Of a stretch of 64,000 bases of DNA, positions 1 to 9,765 are shown one piece after another. A model generated the notes under the pieces. That model worked only from the letters and a program-made list of their open reading frames with translations, ran no database searches and was not told the origin of the DNA. Source of the stretch: a virus. Taxonomy: Duplodnaviria > Heunggongvirae > Uroviricota > Caudoviricetes. Positions within the stretch are counted from its first letter, which is position 1, and each line of letters begins with the position of its first letter. The translations under genes and the position numbers were made by a program. The stretch lies in IMG/VR virus record IMGVR_UViG_3300030019_000007, one strand, 5' to 3'.

Positions 1-72
1 GCCTTTTAAGAGGCTCCGAAAAGCATAAATCTACAATGATTGGAAAAGATCAATTAATTAATAATAAAGTAG

Positions 73-918
73 ATGGGCGAGTTAAAGGAAAAGTTGCAAA
101 AAGCACTTGAAGATAAAGAGAATGATATTACATCTTATGTTTGGAAATTTCCAAAAGTAAGAATAGGTGATAATTTTACACAAGAAGAGGTAAGATTAGT
201 AGATTGTGGAACATATGATTTACAGAAATTCTGGGATCACATACAATCAATGTTATACTCAAAAGATCGAAATAATTTAGGACGAGTATCCCTATTAAAA
301 GAAATACAACAACAACAACTTAAATGTGGTGTTGAGTTATTTTTAAGATACTCAGAAAGTATTGGCAGTAGTCGCACTGCCGTTCTTGATGCTATAAGAG
401 GTAGTATTAAGAAAAATAATATTAGTCCTGTGGATGTGAAGTTTATGTTGCTTTCTGACTTACTAAGTGTTCCTATTGAATATAGGAGTTTACCGATTGA
501 AATAGTCATGGAAGGATGTCTAGACAAACTAGGTAGGTTTGATAGAAGACATATAACACTCTCATTTATATTAAAGCAGGGTATATGGTTCTCTAAGGAA
601 GAGAACAAGGATCTTACAGAGAAAAATGAATCTGGAGATGAACGGGATAAAAAAGAGGTTATTAGAGAAAGGCTAAATCTTTCACAAAATATTAATCTAA
701 TATTGACTCCTACTGGATTAAGTTACACGCAATTTAGAGCGTTAATCACTCTAAAAAGTAAAAAATATAGTGAACTTACAAGTGAACAACTTAAAATTCT
801 AAGAAAGAGGATGTTATACACATTGGAAGATGATGTTAAGAAACATATTGATTTCTGGGAAAAGAAAGAGATTGAGCTTAAAAAAGTCACTGAAAGTAAA
901 GGGATTGATTTGAGATGA
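73..918 (+). CDS. hypothetical protein (281 aa) upstream of polA
   Basis: Long ORF; its TGA overlaps the polA ATG; no motif recognised. Confidence 0.8.
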   Translation: MGELKEKLQKALEDKENDITSYVWKFPKVRIGDNFTQEEVRLVDCGTYDLQKFWDHIQSMLYSKDRNNLGRVSLLKEIQQQQLKCGVELFLRYSESIGSSRTAVLDAIRGSIKKNNISPVDVKFMLLSDLLSVPIEYRSLPIEIVMEGCLDKLGRFDRRHITLSFILKQGIWFSKEENKDLTEKNESGDERDKKEVIRERLNLSQNINLILTPTGLSYTQFRALITLKSKKYSELTSEQLKILRKRMLYTLEDDVKKHIDFWEKKEIELKKVTESKGIDLR

Positions 919-2265
919 AGTATATCGTTTCAAATAGTCCAAAACTCTTCGGTTGGGAAATTGCCAAATCAATATCTATTAAGGAAGCCTTAGATATGCT
1001 CTTTAAAGAGCCTATCTTAGGTTTTGATACTGAAACAAGGGGATTGAATTGTTTTACAGACAAAATCTTATCAAGTCAATTTGGAACCCCAAAGTTCCAA
1101 ATTCTCTTTGACCATGAAACTGTTGATATTCAACTATTAAAACCTTTGTTAGAATCAGATATTCTATTTGTTGGGCAAAATCTAAAGTTTGATATACGTT
1201 ATTTATACTATTATGGTATAGTTCCTAAAAATGTATATGATACTTGGCTAGCAGAAATACTTATAACTAATGGTTTAAAGTATAATGGTAGAACACTAAA
1301 AGATTTAGCATTTAATTATTTAGGGGTAACTTTAGATAAGACAGTGCGAGGAGAGATTATTTATAATGGTCTAAATGAGGCAACTGTAAACTATGCTTTA
1401 CGAGATGTAGAATTTATTCTACCTATTCGTGAAAAACAAATGCTAATTATTAGACAATTTAACTTAGAAGTTGCTTTAAATTTAGAAAATTCGTTTGTTA
1501 AAGTTCTAGCTTATATAGAACATTGTGGTATTAAGTTAGACACTACCAAGTGGATGGCTAAATATGAACGTAATAAAAAGAATTTAATTGCTGCCGAGAA
1601 AGGTCTAAATCAGTATCTTGCAGACAATGGTTTTAAAGAGTACTTTGACGCTCAATTAAATCTATTTTCTGATGAAAAGATATGTCTTATGAATTGGAAT
1701 TCTTCTACACAGGTAGTACCTTTCTTTAATAAACTTGGTATTAATACTACTGAATTTAAAAAAGGAGAAGAACATGAGACAGTCAATGCTAAAGTACTTG
1801 ATAAACAAAAAAAAGAATTTCCTTTTATAGTTGATTATCTTAAATATAAGGAACTCTTTAAGGAATGTAGCACTTATGGGGAAAGTTGGTTGACATTTAG
1901 TGAAGCTTCTACTGGAAGAATTCATACAAATTTTACTCAATTAATGGATACCACTCGAATTTCCTCAGGAGATAAGAAAAGAGGTCTTCCAAATATGTGT
2001 AATTTACCATCAGATGCTGAGACAAGAAGTTGTTTTATATCTGAACCAGGGCAAGTCATGATTGATGCAGATTATTCAGGACAAGAAACTGTAGTACTAG
2101 CTAATCTTTCACAAGATAGAGGTATGATTGAGTTTTTTAGAAATGGTTTTGGAGATCAACATAGTTTTGTGGCAAGTAAAATGTTTGATGAGTTAAAAGA
2201 TTTAACAGCTGATGAAATTAAAACTTTACATAAGGATAAGAGACAGTTAGCCAAAGCTGCAGGGT
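915..2265 (+). CDS. polA: DNA polymerase family A, exon 1 (3'-5' exonuclease, motif A, start of motif B)
   Basis: GFDTET, GQNLKFD, YDT and YALRDV exonuclease motifs; DADYSGQE motif A; RQLAKAAG motif B cut after GGG T. Confidence 0.93.
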
Positions 2266-2318
2266 TGCAGCTAAAAAATAAACCTTATACAGAATTAGAT
2301 AGTTATCATTTAATTTAT

Positions 2319-2326
2319 TATATTTG
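2319..2326 (+). promoter_or_regulatory. Bacteroidota-type -7 promoter element (TATATTTG) for the intron endonuclease
   Basis: Matches TAnnTTTG, 21 nt upstream of ATG 2348. Confidence 0.6.
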
Positions 2327-2347
2327 TGTTTCACAAATAAATTAATA

Positions 2348-3172
2348 ATGAAAGCTACTAATGAATTAATTTTGAATTTTAATAATGGAGGTATTTATAA
2401 AATAGTAAATACTTCAAATAATAAGATCTATGTAGGATCTACAAAATCTTTTAAAAATAGATACATTCAGCATTTAAGTAAATTATCTACTAAAAAACAT
2501 TCTAATAAACATCTTTTATCTTCTTATGAACTAAATCCAGGAGAATTTAAGATGGACATTATTGAAGTTATTTCAGATTTCTCAACTCTTTTACAAAAAG
2601 AACAAGAGTATATTGTTAAATATAATTCCACCAATAATCTAATTGGATATAATTTAACCTCAACAACTACTTGTCCTTCACATTGTAAAATAGTTAAAGA
2701 AAAGATATCAGTAGCTGCTAAAAAATTAGTAGAAAAGGAAATTAAAGAGACAGGGGAATGGAGATTAACTAAATTTCAAATACAAAAAGGAGATGTTCCT
2801 TGGAATAAAGGTAAGAAAATCTTAAATACAACAAACTATCATACTAAAAAAACTAAAACAGCTGCTTTATTACAAGCTCATCTAAACACTTCAATAAGAG
2901 GAAGAGAAAAGAGTAACGTGATAGTATGTTTAGATAAAAATAAAAATGAATTATTTGTATTTAGAAGTCAGACTGATCTATTAGAATTGTTTAAATTGAC
3001 TGATTTTGGGTTTACTGTTAGTGAATCTAGATTATGTAAATCTATTAAAAATCAAAAATTGTATAAGGGGCATTATTTTATAATGCGAGCCCCTAATGAA
3101 AGTGATTTCATTAGAAAATCGGATGAACTCAGGGAAGGCTGTAATGCTAATCCTGAGCCAAGCGTGAAGTAA
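2348..3172 (+). CDS. intron-encoded GIY-YIG homing endonuclease
   Basis: GGIYKIVNT...IYVGST...RYIQH, EQEYI, YN, PWNKGKK (NUMOD-like). Start placed at ATG 2348, downstream of the promoter element. Confidence 0.88.
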   Translation: MKATNELILNFNNGGIYKIVNTSNNKIYVGSTKSFKNRYIQHLSKLSTKKHSNKHLLSSYELNPGEFKMDIIEVISDFSTLLQKEQEYIVKYNSTNNLIGYNLTSTTTCPSHCKIVKEKISVAAKKLVEKEIKETGEWRLTKFQIQKGDVPWNKGKKILNTTNYHTKKTKTAALLQAHLNTSIRGREKSNVIVCLDKNKNELFVFRSQTDLLELFKLTDFGFTVSESRLCKSIKNQKLYKGHYFIMRAPNESDFIRKSDELREGCNANPEPSVK

Positions 3173-3331
3173 ACTTCGCGAAGGTGCAACGACTACCTGA
3201 GCCATAAATTGGCTTAATAACAGGAAGTAACTATATGTAGTGATATAATGAAAAAGCGTCCGGCTCTTAGAGTAATCTAAGATGATGATATAGTCTAACC
3301 TTACATGAATGGATAAATGTAAGAAACAATG

Positions 3332-3942
3332 TCGCTATTGCTTATGGAGGAAATGGTACAACTATCGCAAGAAGTTGTAATATATCTGAGGCACAAGGAG
3401 AATTTGTGTTTAATGCTTATTTTAAAGCTTTTCCAGATTTACCTGCTTATTTTAAACTAGTTTATAAAAATGCTGTAAGAGATGGTTATATTGAATTTAA
3501 TGATGTAACTCGTCATAAATATTTTATTCCTCATTTTGAAGATTTTAAGGAGGTAGAATCAGAAACAAGAGATACTGACTTCTGGAAAAATTACAGAGAA
3601 AACAAAGATGATTTAGTTTTAAAAGCTAAAGTGAAAGGGTATTTTAAACTTAAAGGAGAAATCCAGAGAAAAGCCCAGAACTATAGAATTCAAGGAACTT
3701 CCGCATCTATAAGTAAATATGCATTAATTTTATTATTCAACACTATTATTTCGAGAAAGAGGTTCAATGAGATCAAAATTGTAAATTTTATTTATGATGA
3801 AATTCTTATGGAAGTTCCTGAAGCAGAAGGTGAAGAATGGAAAGTTATTTTGGAAACAGCAATGATTAAAGGTGGTGAGCCTTTCTGCAAAACTATCCCA
3901 TTAAAAGCTGATGCAGAAATTAATACATTTTGGAAACATTAA
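3332..3942 (+). CDS. polA: DNA polymerase family A, exon 2 (spliced product about 653 aa)
   Basis: In frame after omega-G: FAIAYGG, NYRIQGTSA, motif C FIYDE. Confidence 0.92.
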
Positions 3943-4026
3943 TGACTAGAGATGAAAGACAAACTGATGTCTTGAAGACTTGGGTGAATGCAAAATGTGT
4001 AGGGACAGTTACTGCTGCAACTGGTT
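3942..4026 (+). CDS. SF2 helicase, exon 1 (missed by the ORF track)
   Basis: ATG overlaps the polA TAA; MTRDERQTDVLKTWVNAKCVGTVTAATG gives the Q-motif and the first half of Walker A. Confidence 0.88.
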
Positions 4027-4067
4027 TAAATAAAATAAAAATAACTTGTTGATCCAAATAAATTTGT

Positions 4068-4075
4068 TATCTTTG
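4068..4075 (+). promoter_or_regulatory. Bacteroidota-type -7 promoter element (TATCTTTG)
   Basis: TAnnTTTG 19 nt upstream of endonuclease ATG 4095; TTG motifs lie further upstream. Confidence 0.65.
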
Positions 4076-4094
4076 TGTATAAATAATATACAAA

Positions 4095-4766
4095 ATGATA
4101 ACTATAAATTTTGAACAATTAAATGAAATTTCAGGCATTTATATAATAAATAACCTGAAAAACAAGAAATCCTATATAGGATCTAGTAAAAATCTTTATG
4201 ATAGATTACATCAACATTTTCATAATTTAAAATACAAAAAACATCATTCTTTACATCTTCAATCCTCATACAATAAATATGGGGAAGATGCATTTAATTT
4301 TAGTATTTTAGAATTATGTGAAGTTGAAGATTTAGAAATAAAAGAACAGTATTGGATAGATTTTTTAAAACCTACCTATAATAAACGACTAGATGCTACA
4401 AGAAATACAGGACTGCCGTGTTCAAAAGAAACAAAATTAAAAATTTCAAATACTTTAAAAGAAAAATATCAAAAAGGTATTATTACTACTTATAGACAAG
4501 ATCATTTACAAATCAAAACTAATTTATATGATGCTATTACACATCAACTTATAGATTCTTTTAATAGTATTGCAGATGCTCTTAGATCTATAGGAGTTAA
4601 TCACACTAAATCAATGGATAAGATAAAAGATAAAATTGTATATAATAAATACGTTTTTGTTTTTCAAGAAAACTTAGATATTGATCAATATATAAACTCT
4701 TTAAAAGTAAAAAAGAAATATTGGAGAAATAAGTTAAAATTCCTGGACCAGGATAAACCTATTTAA
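4095..4766 (+). CDS. intron-encoded GIY-YIG homing endonuclease
   Basis: SGIYIINN...SYIGSS...RLHQH, KEQYWID, YN, CSKETKLKIS (NUMOD3-like). Confidence 0.9.
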   Translation: MITINFEQLNEISGIYIINNLKNKKSYIGSSKNLYDRLHQHFHNLKYKKHHSLHLQSSYNKYGEDAFNFSILELCEVEDLEIKEQYWIDFLKPTYNKRLDATRNTGLPCSKETKLKISNTLKEKYQKGIITTYRQDHLQIKTNLYDAITHQLIDSFNSIADALRSIGVNHTKSMDKIKDKIVYNKYVFVFQENLDIDQYINSLKVKKKYWRNKLKFLDQDKPI

Positions 4767-4973
4767 AATTGGAACCCCTTCAAATCATGGGCAATCAATT
4801 ACGAACTATGTAAAAAGTATAATGTAACATAGACGTTTAACGACTAGTAGATAAGTAACTTAACTAATTCTACCACGAAATATAGGCACAGAAATGTGAT
4901 GAGATAGTCTAAACTATGAAGATGATAAATTCATAGAATCAGAGGATAAAGAGCCTTTGAGATAATATAATTG

Positions 4974-6103
4974 TCGGGAAGACTAGAGTCGCCTTACGTG
5001 CCATAAAGTGGTTTCTTGCTAAGAATCCCACCTCAAAAGTAATGATTGTTGTGCCAACAACATATCTTAAAACCCAATGGGTTAAACTTTTAGAAGAGTG
5101 GAAGTTAGAGGGAGTTGAAATATGGGTTATCAATTCAGTCGTGAAAACAGAACATAAAATAGATTTTCTAGTATTAGATGAAATTCATTCATTTGCTAGT
5201 GATTTATTTGTTCAAGTTTTTAGAAAAGTAGACTATAAGATAATCATGGGTTTAACTGCTACAATAGAGAGACTTGATGGTAAAGAGACAATTCTTAAAA
5301 GATTTGCCCCAATATGTGCAGAAGTACCTATTTCTGAATGTATTGAAAATAAATGGTTAGCACCTTTTAGAGAGTATAAAGTTCTCTTAGATGTAGATCT
5401 CACTGAATATCAAAAATTAAATGTGGAATTTATTTCTCATTTTTCTTTCTTTGATTTTAACTTTGAGTTAGCTATGTCTATGCTAGGAAATATAATTAAT
5501 AGAAGGAAATATGCTAAACAAAATAATTTAGAATACAAAGCAGTTGATTTACATGCGTTTGGGTTTAATCGTGCAATGCAGGCTAGGAAAAAGTTTATCT
5601 TTGACCATCCTTTTAAATCACAAATAGCCCAAGAAATTTTAGCTTTTAGACCAAATGCGAAAGCTATAACTTTCTCGCAAAGTATCCCAATGGCTGAGAG
5701 TATAGGAGTTGGATGGATTATTCATTCTAAGTTAACTGCTAAAAAAAGAACTAAAGTAGAAGATGAGTTTAATGTTGCAAAAACTGGAGTCCTAAATAGT
5801 ATTCGTACTATAGAATTAGGAGCAGACATTCAGGATGTTAATCTTGCCATAATATTATGTGGTACTTCTTCTGCAATTAGTAGTTATCAAAGAAAAGGAA
5901 GGGCAATTCGACTTGAAGGAGATAAAACTTCTGAGATTTTTCACCTTGTTCTAAGGGGAACTGTCGAGGAAGAGTGGTTCCGAAAAGCCTCTAAAGGTGC
6001 AGACATTATCACAATAGATGAGGAACAACTTAAAACTGTTTTAAATCATGGAGATATTGAAGAAAAGGAACACAAAGAGAATAAATTTTTATTTAGATTT
6101 TAA
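4974..6103 (+). CDS. SF2 (DEAH-type) helicase, exon 2 (spliced product about 404 aa)
   Basis: FGKTRVAL, VVPT, VLDEIH, GLTATIER, QRKGRAIR. Confidence 0.9.
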
Positions 6104-6108
6104 AATAA

Positions 6109-6237
6109 ATGAGTACCGATCAAGCAATTGCAGCAATAGAAGTTCTTACAAAACTTTTATCTGCAAACATTTTCTTTAAGGATGAAACTTACGAAAGAAT
6201 CATAAAAAAATTAGATTATTTACTGGATTTACTTTGA
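6109..6237 (+). CDS. small hypothetical protein (42 aa)
   Basis: MSTDQAIAAIEVLTKLL...; fills an intergenic gap; below the track cutoff. Confidence 0.55.
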   Translation: MSTDQAIAAIEVLTKLLSANIFFKDETYERIIKKLDYLLDLL

Positions 6238-6283
6238 GAAATCAAATTAATTTCTTAACTTTAACTTCTTACATCAAGAAATA

Positions 6284-6496
6284 ATGGCAGAATATAAACA
6301 ATATAGACGTAAAGGGCTCTCAGAAATGAAAGCATATACGCCTGGGGATGATCTAACTGGAGTTAGTATATCAGATGCGGATAAATTGTTACCCTCGTTA
6401 GAGGGCGGGTATATTGCACGTAATCCAAAAAATCATAATGATTTATGGTACGTAGCAAAAGCATATCACGATGATAATTTAGAAGCAGTGGATTAA
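6284..6496 (+). CDS. hypothetical protein (70 aa)
   Basis: ORF whose TAA overlaps the next ATG. Confidence 0.75.
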   Translation: MAEYKQYRRKGLSEMKAYTPGDDLTGVSISDADKLLPSLEGGYIARNPKNHNDLWYVAKAYHDDNLEAVD

Positions 6497-6771
6497 TGAT
6501 AGTAGAGTGCCCAAATTGTAAAAACTCGTTGAGAGTTAAAAAAGTAGATGATGAATTTATATGTTATAAATGTGGAACCATAATTTCTGGGGAAACTGTT
6601 ACACAAATAGGTGTAACTAACTATAAATTCAAAGATGATGACCAAGAGTACATCATTGTATTTAATGATGCAGAAGACTTACAAGAGTTTATGAAAATTG
6701 CTGAGGAAACAAAAGCAGGTTATAAACTATGTAAGATTACTACACCAACAGGAACTACAAAGATTGTATGA
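6496..6771 (+). CDS. zinc-ribbon protein
   Basis: CPNC...CYKC. Confidence 0.7.
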   Translation: MIVECPNCKNSLRVKKVDDEFICYKCGTIISGETVTQIGVTNYKFKDDDQEYIIVFNDAEDLQEFMKIAEETKAGYKLCKITTPTGTTKIV

Positions 6772-7388
6772 ATAAATTAAAGCTTGAACTAAATAAAGAA
6801 CTAGATGTAATGGTGGAACTGCAAATATCCGCTGAAGAGTGGCTGTTTATCCAGTTATTATACCTCTGTGAAGAAGGTGATACAGATAGTTTATTTAGAT
6901 ATTTTACTCAAGCAAAAAAAGATAGTATTCCCAAGGCGACTTTACAATCGCTTCAAGACAAAGGAATTATTAATCCTACTTATAAAATACCTGCAGAAGG
7001 AGAACGTTTTGATCCAACCAAGATAAAATTAACTGATAAATTCAGTAAAAAATACTTTAAAGTATCTGGTGAAATGGGTTTAGAACTTCTTCAAGCTTAT
7101 CCTTTATTTATTACTTCTGGTAATAGATCTTTTCCAATGAAAAACATAGCTAAACAATTTAAAAGTTTAGAAGATTTCTCATTCATGTACGCCAAAGCCA
7201 TTCGGTTTAGTCGTTTAAAGCATGAGGAGATTCTCTCAATTATAGAGTGGGCCAAAGAGAATGATCTTATTCAATTTGGTTTATCAGAATTTGTGATTTC
7301 AAGAAAATGGGATGATTTAGGAAAACTTAAATCTGGTGAACTTTCAGTAAACTTTGTACGAACTTTTGATAATTCAGAGTTAATATGA
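6768..7388 (+). CDS. hypothetical protein coupled to dnaB (possible helicase loader or initiator)
   Basis: ATGA overlaps at both ends; function inferred from position only. Confidence 0.65.
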   Translation: MNKLKLELNKELDVMVELQISAEEWLFIQLLYLCEEGDTDSLFRYFTQAKKDSIPKATLQSLQDKGIINPTYKIPAEGERFDPTKIKLTDKFSKKYFKVSGEMGLELLQAYPLFITSGNRSFPMKNIAKQFKSLEDFSFMYAKAIRFSRLKHEEILSIIEWAKENDLIQFGLSEFVISRKWDDLGKLKSGELSVNFVRTFDNSELI

Positions 7389-8470
7389 GTTATGCTGATA
7401 AGTTATTAGTAGAAGTAAATAGAGGAAAAGAAGGGTTAAATATAGGTATCTCTATGGGATTACCTAGACTAGAAGAACATATCTACGGATTAACTAAAGA
7501 AACTTATACAGTACTCTTTGGTAATACCGGTGGTGGAAAGACTTCAGTAGCCCTATATGCTTATATCTATAGACCTTTAATGGAGATGATTAAAGAGAAG
7601 AAAGATTTTAAAATAATCTATTTTTCTCTGGAAATGACTGGAGTTATGTTACTTGCTAAATTAGCGAGTATTTATATTCTAGAAACTTATGGAATTCAAA
7701 TCGGATATAAAGAGATTTTTTCTAAAAAAACAAGAATCTCTGAGGATCACTATAAATTAGTAGTGGATGCCATTAAATGGACAAAGACTATTGAGGAATA
7801 TTTTATTATTTATGATAAAACATTAAGCTCTAAAAGTTTATATTCCTTTTTAAAAAGTCATGCCGAGGATGAAGGAACATTTGAAATAGTTGGGAATTCT
7901 GAATTTTATGTCCCTAATAATCCAGAACAGATTAGATTGATTGTCACAGATCATATTGGACTAGTTCGTAGGACAGATGGGAGAACCAAAAAAGAAGAGA
8001 TTGACTTATGTTCATCTTATCTTCTATGGTTTAGGAATAAATGTAAGTATGCTATTTTAGTATTGATGCAAGTAAATAGAGGTCAGAATGCTATGGACAG
8101 GAGATCAGCAAATTTATTAGAGCCGACACTTGAGGATATCAAGGATACTGGGGCTCCAAGTGAAGATGCTGAGATAGTTATTGGGATTTTTAATCCTTTT
8201 AAAGAAAAACTCATGAAACATAGAAGCTATGATATTAAACAACTTCGAGATAATGTCAGATTTCTGTGCCTTCTAAAAAATAGATACGGAGAAGTACAAA
8301 AAGTTATTCCAATATCTTTCTACGGGAAAGTAAATTATGTCAAGGAACTTCCAGAATTAAATGGAGAAAATGACGATTCAAACTTGGATTATTCCATCTT
8401 TAACAACCCTTTATGGGTTGAGGACAACATATCACAAACAACAGCTGAGAAGCCTATGTTTGTAATGTAA
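7385..8470 (+). CDS. dnaB: DnaB-like replicative helicase
   Basis: GNTGGGKTS, FSLEM, IVTDHIGL, LMQVNR, LEDIKDTG, LKNRYG. Confidence 0.9.
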   Translation: MSYADKLLVEVNRGKEGLNIGISMGLPRLEEHIYGLTKETYTVLFGNTGGGKTSVALYAYIYRPLMEMIKEKKDFKIIYFSLEMTGVMLLAKLASIYILETYGIQIGYKEIFSKKTRISEDHYKLVVDAIKWTKTIEEYFIIYDKTLSSKSLYSFLKSHAEDEGTFEIVGNSEFYVPNNPEQIRLIVTDHIGLVRRTDGRTKKEEIDLCSSYLLWFRNKCKYAILVLMQVNRGQNAMDRRSANLLEPTLEDIKDTGAPSEDAEIVIGIFNPFKEKLMKHRSYDIKQLRDNVRFLCLLKNRYGEVQKVIPISFYGKVNYVKELPELNGENDDSNLDYSIFNNPLWVEDNISQTTAEKPMFVM

Positions 8471-8552
8471 AGTTAAACAATTCAGAGCAAACACCACATA
8501 AAAAGATGGCTCTGCCCATTGACTTGAATATTATTCAAGTCCGTGTTTAACT
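8471..8552 (+). other. putative three-way-junction structured RNA or leader
   Basis: AGTTAAAC/GTTTAACT closing stem encloses CAGAGC/GCTCTG and GACTTGAAT/ATTCAAGTC hairpins. Confidence 0.45.
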
Positions 8553-8567
8553 AATAAAATTATTACA

Positions 8568-9263
8568 ATGGCAAGATTAATTGCAGTAGGGGGCGCTAGT
8601 TCGTCAGGTAAATCAAGTAGCATCGTTAATTTGAATCCAAAAGAAACTTTTATCTTTAGTGTGGCAAATAAACCACTTCCTTTTAAAGGATCTAAGAAAA
8701 AATATACCAATTTTCTTCAAAATAAAGAAACTGGTAATCTTTTGAATACCGCGAATCCTGAGTCTATTACAAAAGTGTTGAACTTTATCAACACAAAACG
8801 ACCTGAAATTCTAAATGTGATTATTGATGATATGCAGTATGTAACTGTATTTGAAACATTTTCAAGAAGTGCAGAAAAAGGTTTTGAAAAATGGAGCCAA
8901 ATTGCTTCCAATTTTTATAATATCGTTGCAGCAGCAAAAGATATGAGGGATGACCTCAATCTAATTTTCATGATGCATACTGATACAGATGAAGTTGAGG
9001 CATTAGGTACCGCAAAAATTACTTTAAAAACTGGATCAAAGTCAATTAAGAACAACCTAGTGTTGGAGGGATTGATGACTTATGTATTCATAACTGAAGT
9101 AACAACAGATGAAGCTGGAGTGTCTAAATACGAATTTATTACCAACGATGGTATGAAGAGTGTTGCAAAGACTCCAAGAGGATGCTTCGATGAAAAAAGA
9201 ATTCCTAATGATTTAGCTTTAGTCCTTGAAAAGATTAAAGTTTATGAAGAAGACGAAGACTAA
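8568..9263 (+). CDS. AAA ATPase, Sak4/AAA_24-like recombination protein
   Basis: GGASSSGKSSS Walker A, IIDD Walker B, AKTPRG C-terminal motif. Confidence 0.75.
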   Translation: MARLIAVGGASSSGKSSSIVNLNPKETFIFSVANKPLPFKGSKKKYTNFLQNKETGNLLNTANPESITKVLNFINTKRPEILNVIIDDMQYVTVFETFSRSAEKGFEKWSQIASNFYNIVAAAKDMRDDLNLIFMMHTDTDEVEALGTAKITLKTGSKSIKNNLVLEGLMTYVFITEVTTDEAGVSKYEFITNDGMKSVAKTPRGCFDEKRIPNDLALVLEKIKVYEEDED

Positions 9264-9760
9264 TGAAAATAGTAATCGACTTTGATCCGATTTTACAAGA
9301 AGTAGTATCGGTTACCGTAGGTGATGTAATAAAAAACATTAAAGGTAAAAAACAGATAAACGAGAAGTTACAACTAACACTCGAAAGTAATAAGATAGTC
9401 TTATCTCCTAAACTTGTAGAACTTCTACAGGTTAAGGAAGGAGATAGATTAGTCGTTAGATATAAGGATGATGGTGGATTTATTCAACCTTTTTTAGCTC
9501 CGGCTAAAATCTTCTCAGAAGAAGGTGGGAATAAATTAACGAAAACATCAACCGTGTCCTTTAGAGGAGATCAGCAGACTAGTTTAGCACGTTTTGGCAA
9601 TATCTTTGAAATAGAAGATATGAAGGACGGAAGTGTTAAACTAGTAGTTACCAATAAGGTACAAGAAGCTCTCCCTAAGATGTCACAAGAGACGCTGGAT
9701 ATTATCGCCACTATTGGCGGTGATACATCATTGGTCCCAGCAAATTTTATAATTAATTAA
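9263..9760 (+). CDS. hypothetical protein
   Basis: 165 aa ORF, TAATG-coupled. Confidence 0.75.
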   Translation: MKIVIDFDPILQEVVSVTVGDVIKNIKGKKQINEKLQLTLESNKIVLSPKLVELLQVKEGDRLVVRYKDDGGFIQPFLAPAKIFSEEGGNKLTKTSTVSFRGDQQTSLARFGNIFEIEDMKDGSVKLVVTNKVQEALPKMSQETLDIIATIGGDTSLVPANFIIN

Positions 9761-9765
9761 GCATA

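Larger units (their letters stand above)
2266..3331 (+). mobile_element. group I intron in polA (1066 nt)
   Basis: Exon ends in U2265 and intron ends in G3331. IGS GCGAGCCC (3085-3092) pairs with GGGU and with exon 2 UCGC. P7 GACUA 3191-3195 / UAGUC 3291-3295. Splicing restores AKAAGFAIAYGG in frame. Confidence 0.93.
4027..4973 (+). mobile_element. group I intron in SF2 helicase (947 nt)
   Basis: Exon ends in U4026 and intron ends in G4973. IGS UUCCUG-GACCAG (4740-4751) pairs with CUGGUU and with exon 2 CGGGAA. P7 GACUA 4842-4846 / UAGUC 4905-4909. Splicing restores TGFGKT. Confidence 0.92.

Noticed and set aside
915-3942. polA as a truncated gene or pseudogene in two pieces
   Set aside because: Group I intron elements and in-frame splicing fully restore the gene; the track ORF tail (LQLKNKPY...) is intron read-through
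6240-6275. Possible promoter TAACTTTA upstream of 6284
   Set aside because: Deviates from TAnnTTTG and is common in AT-rich DNA; unsupported
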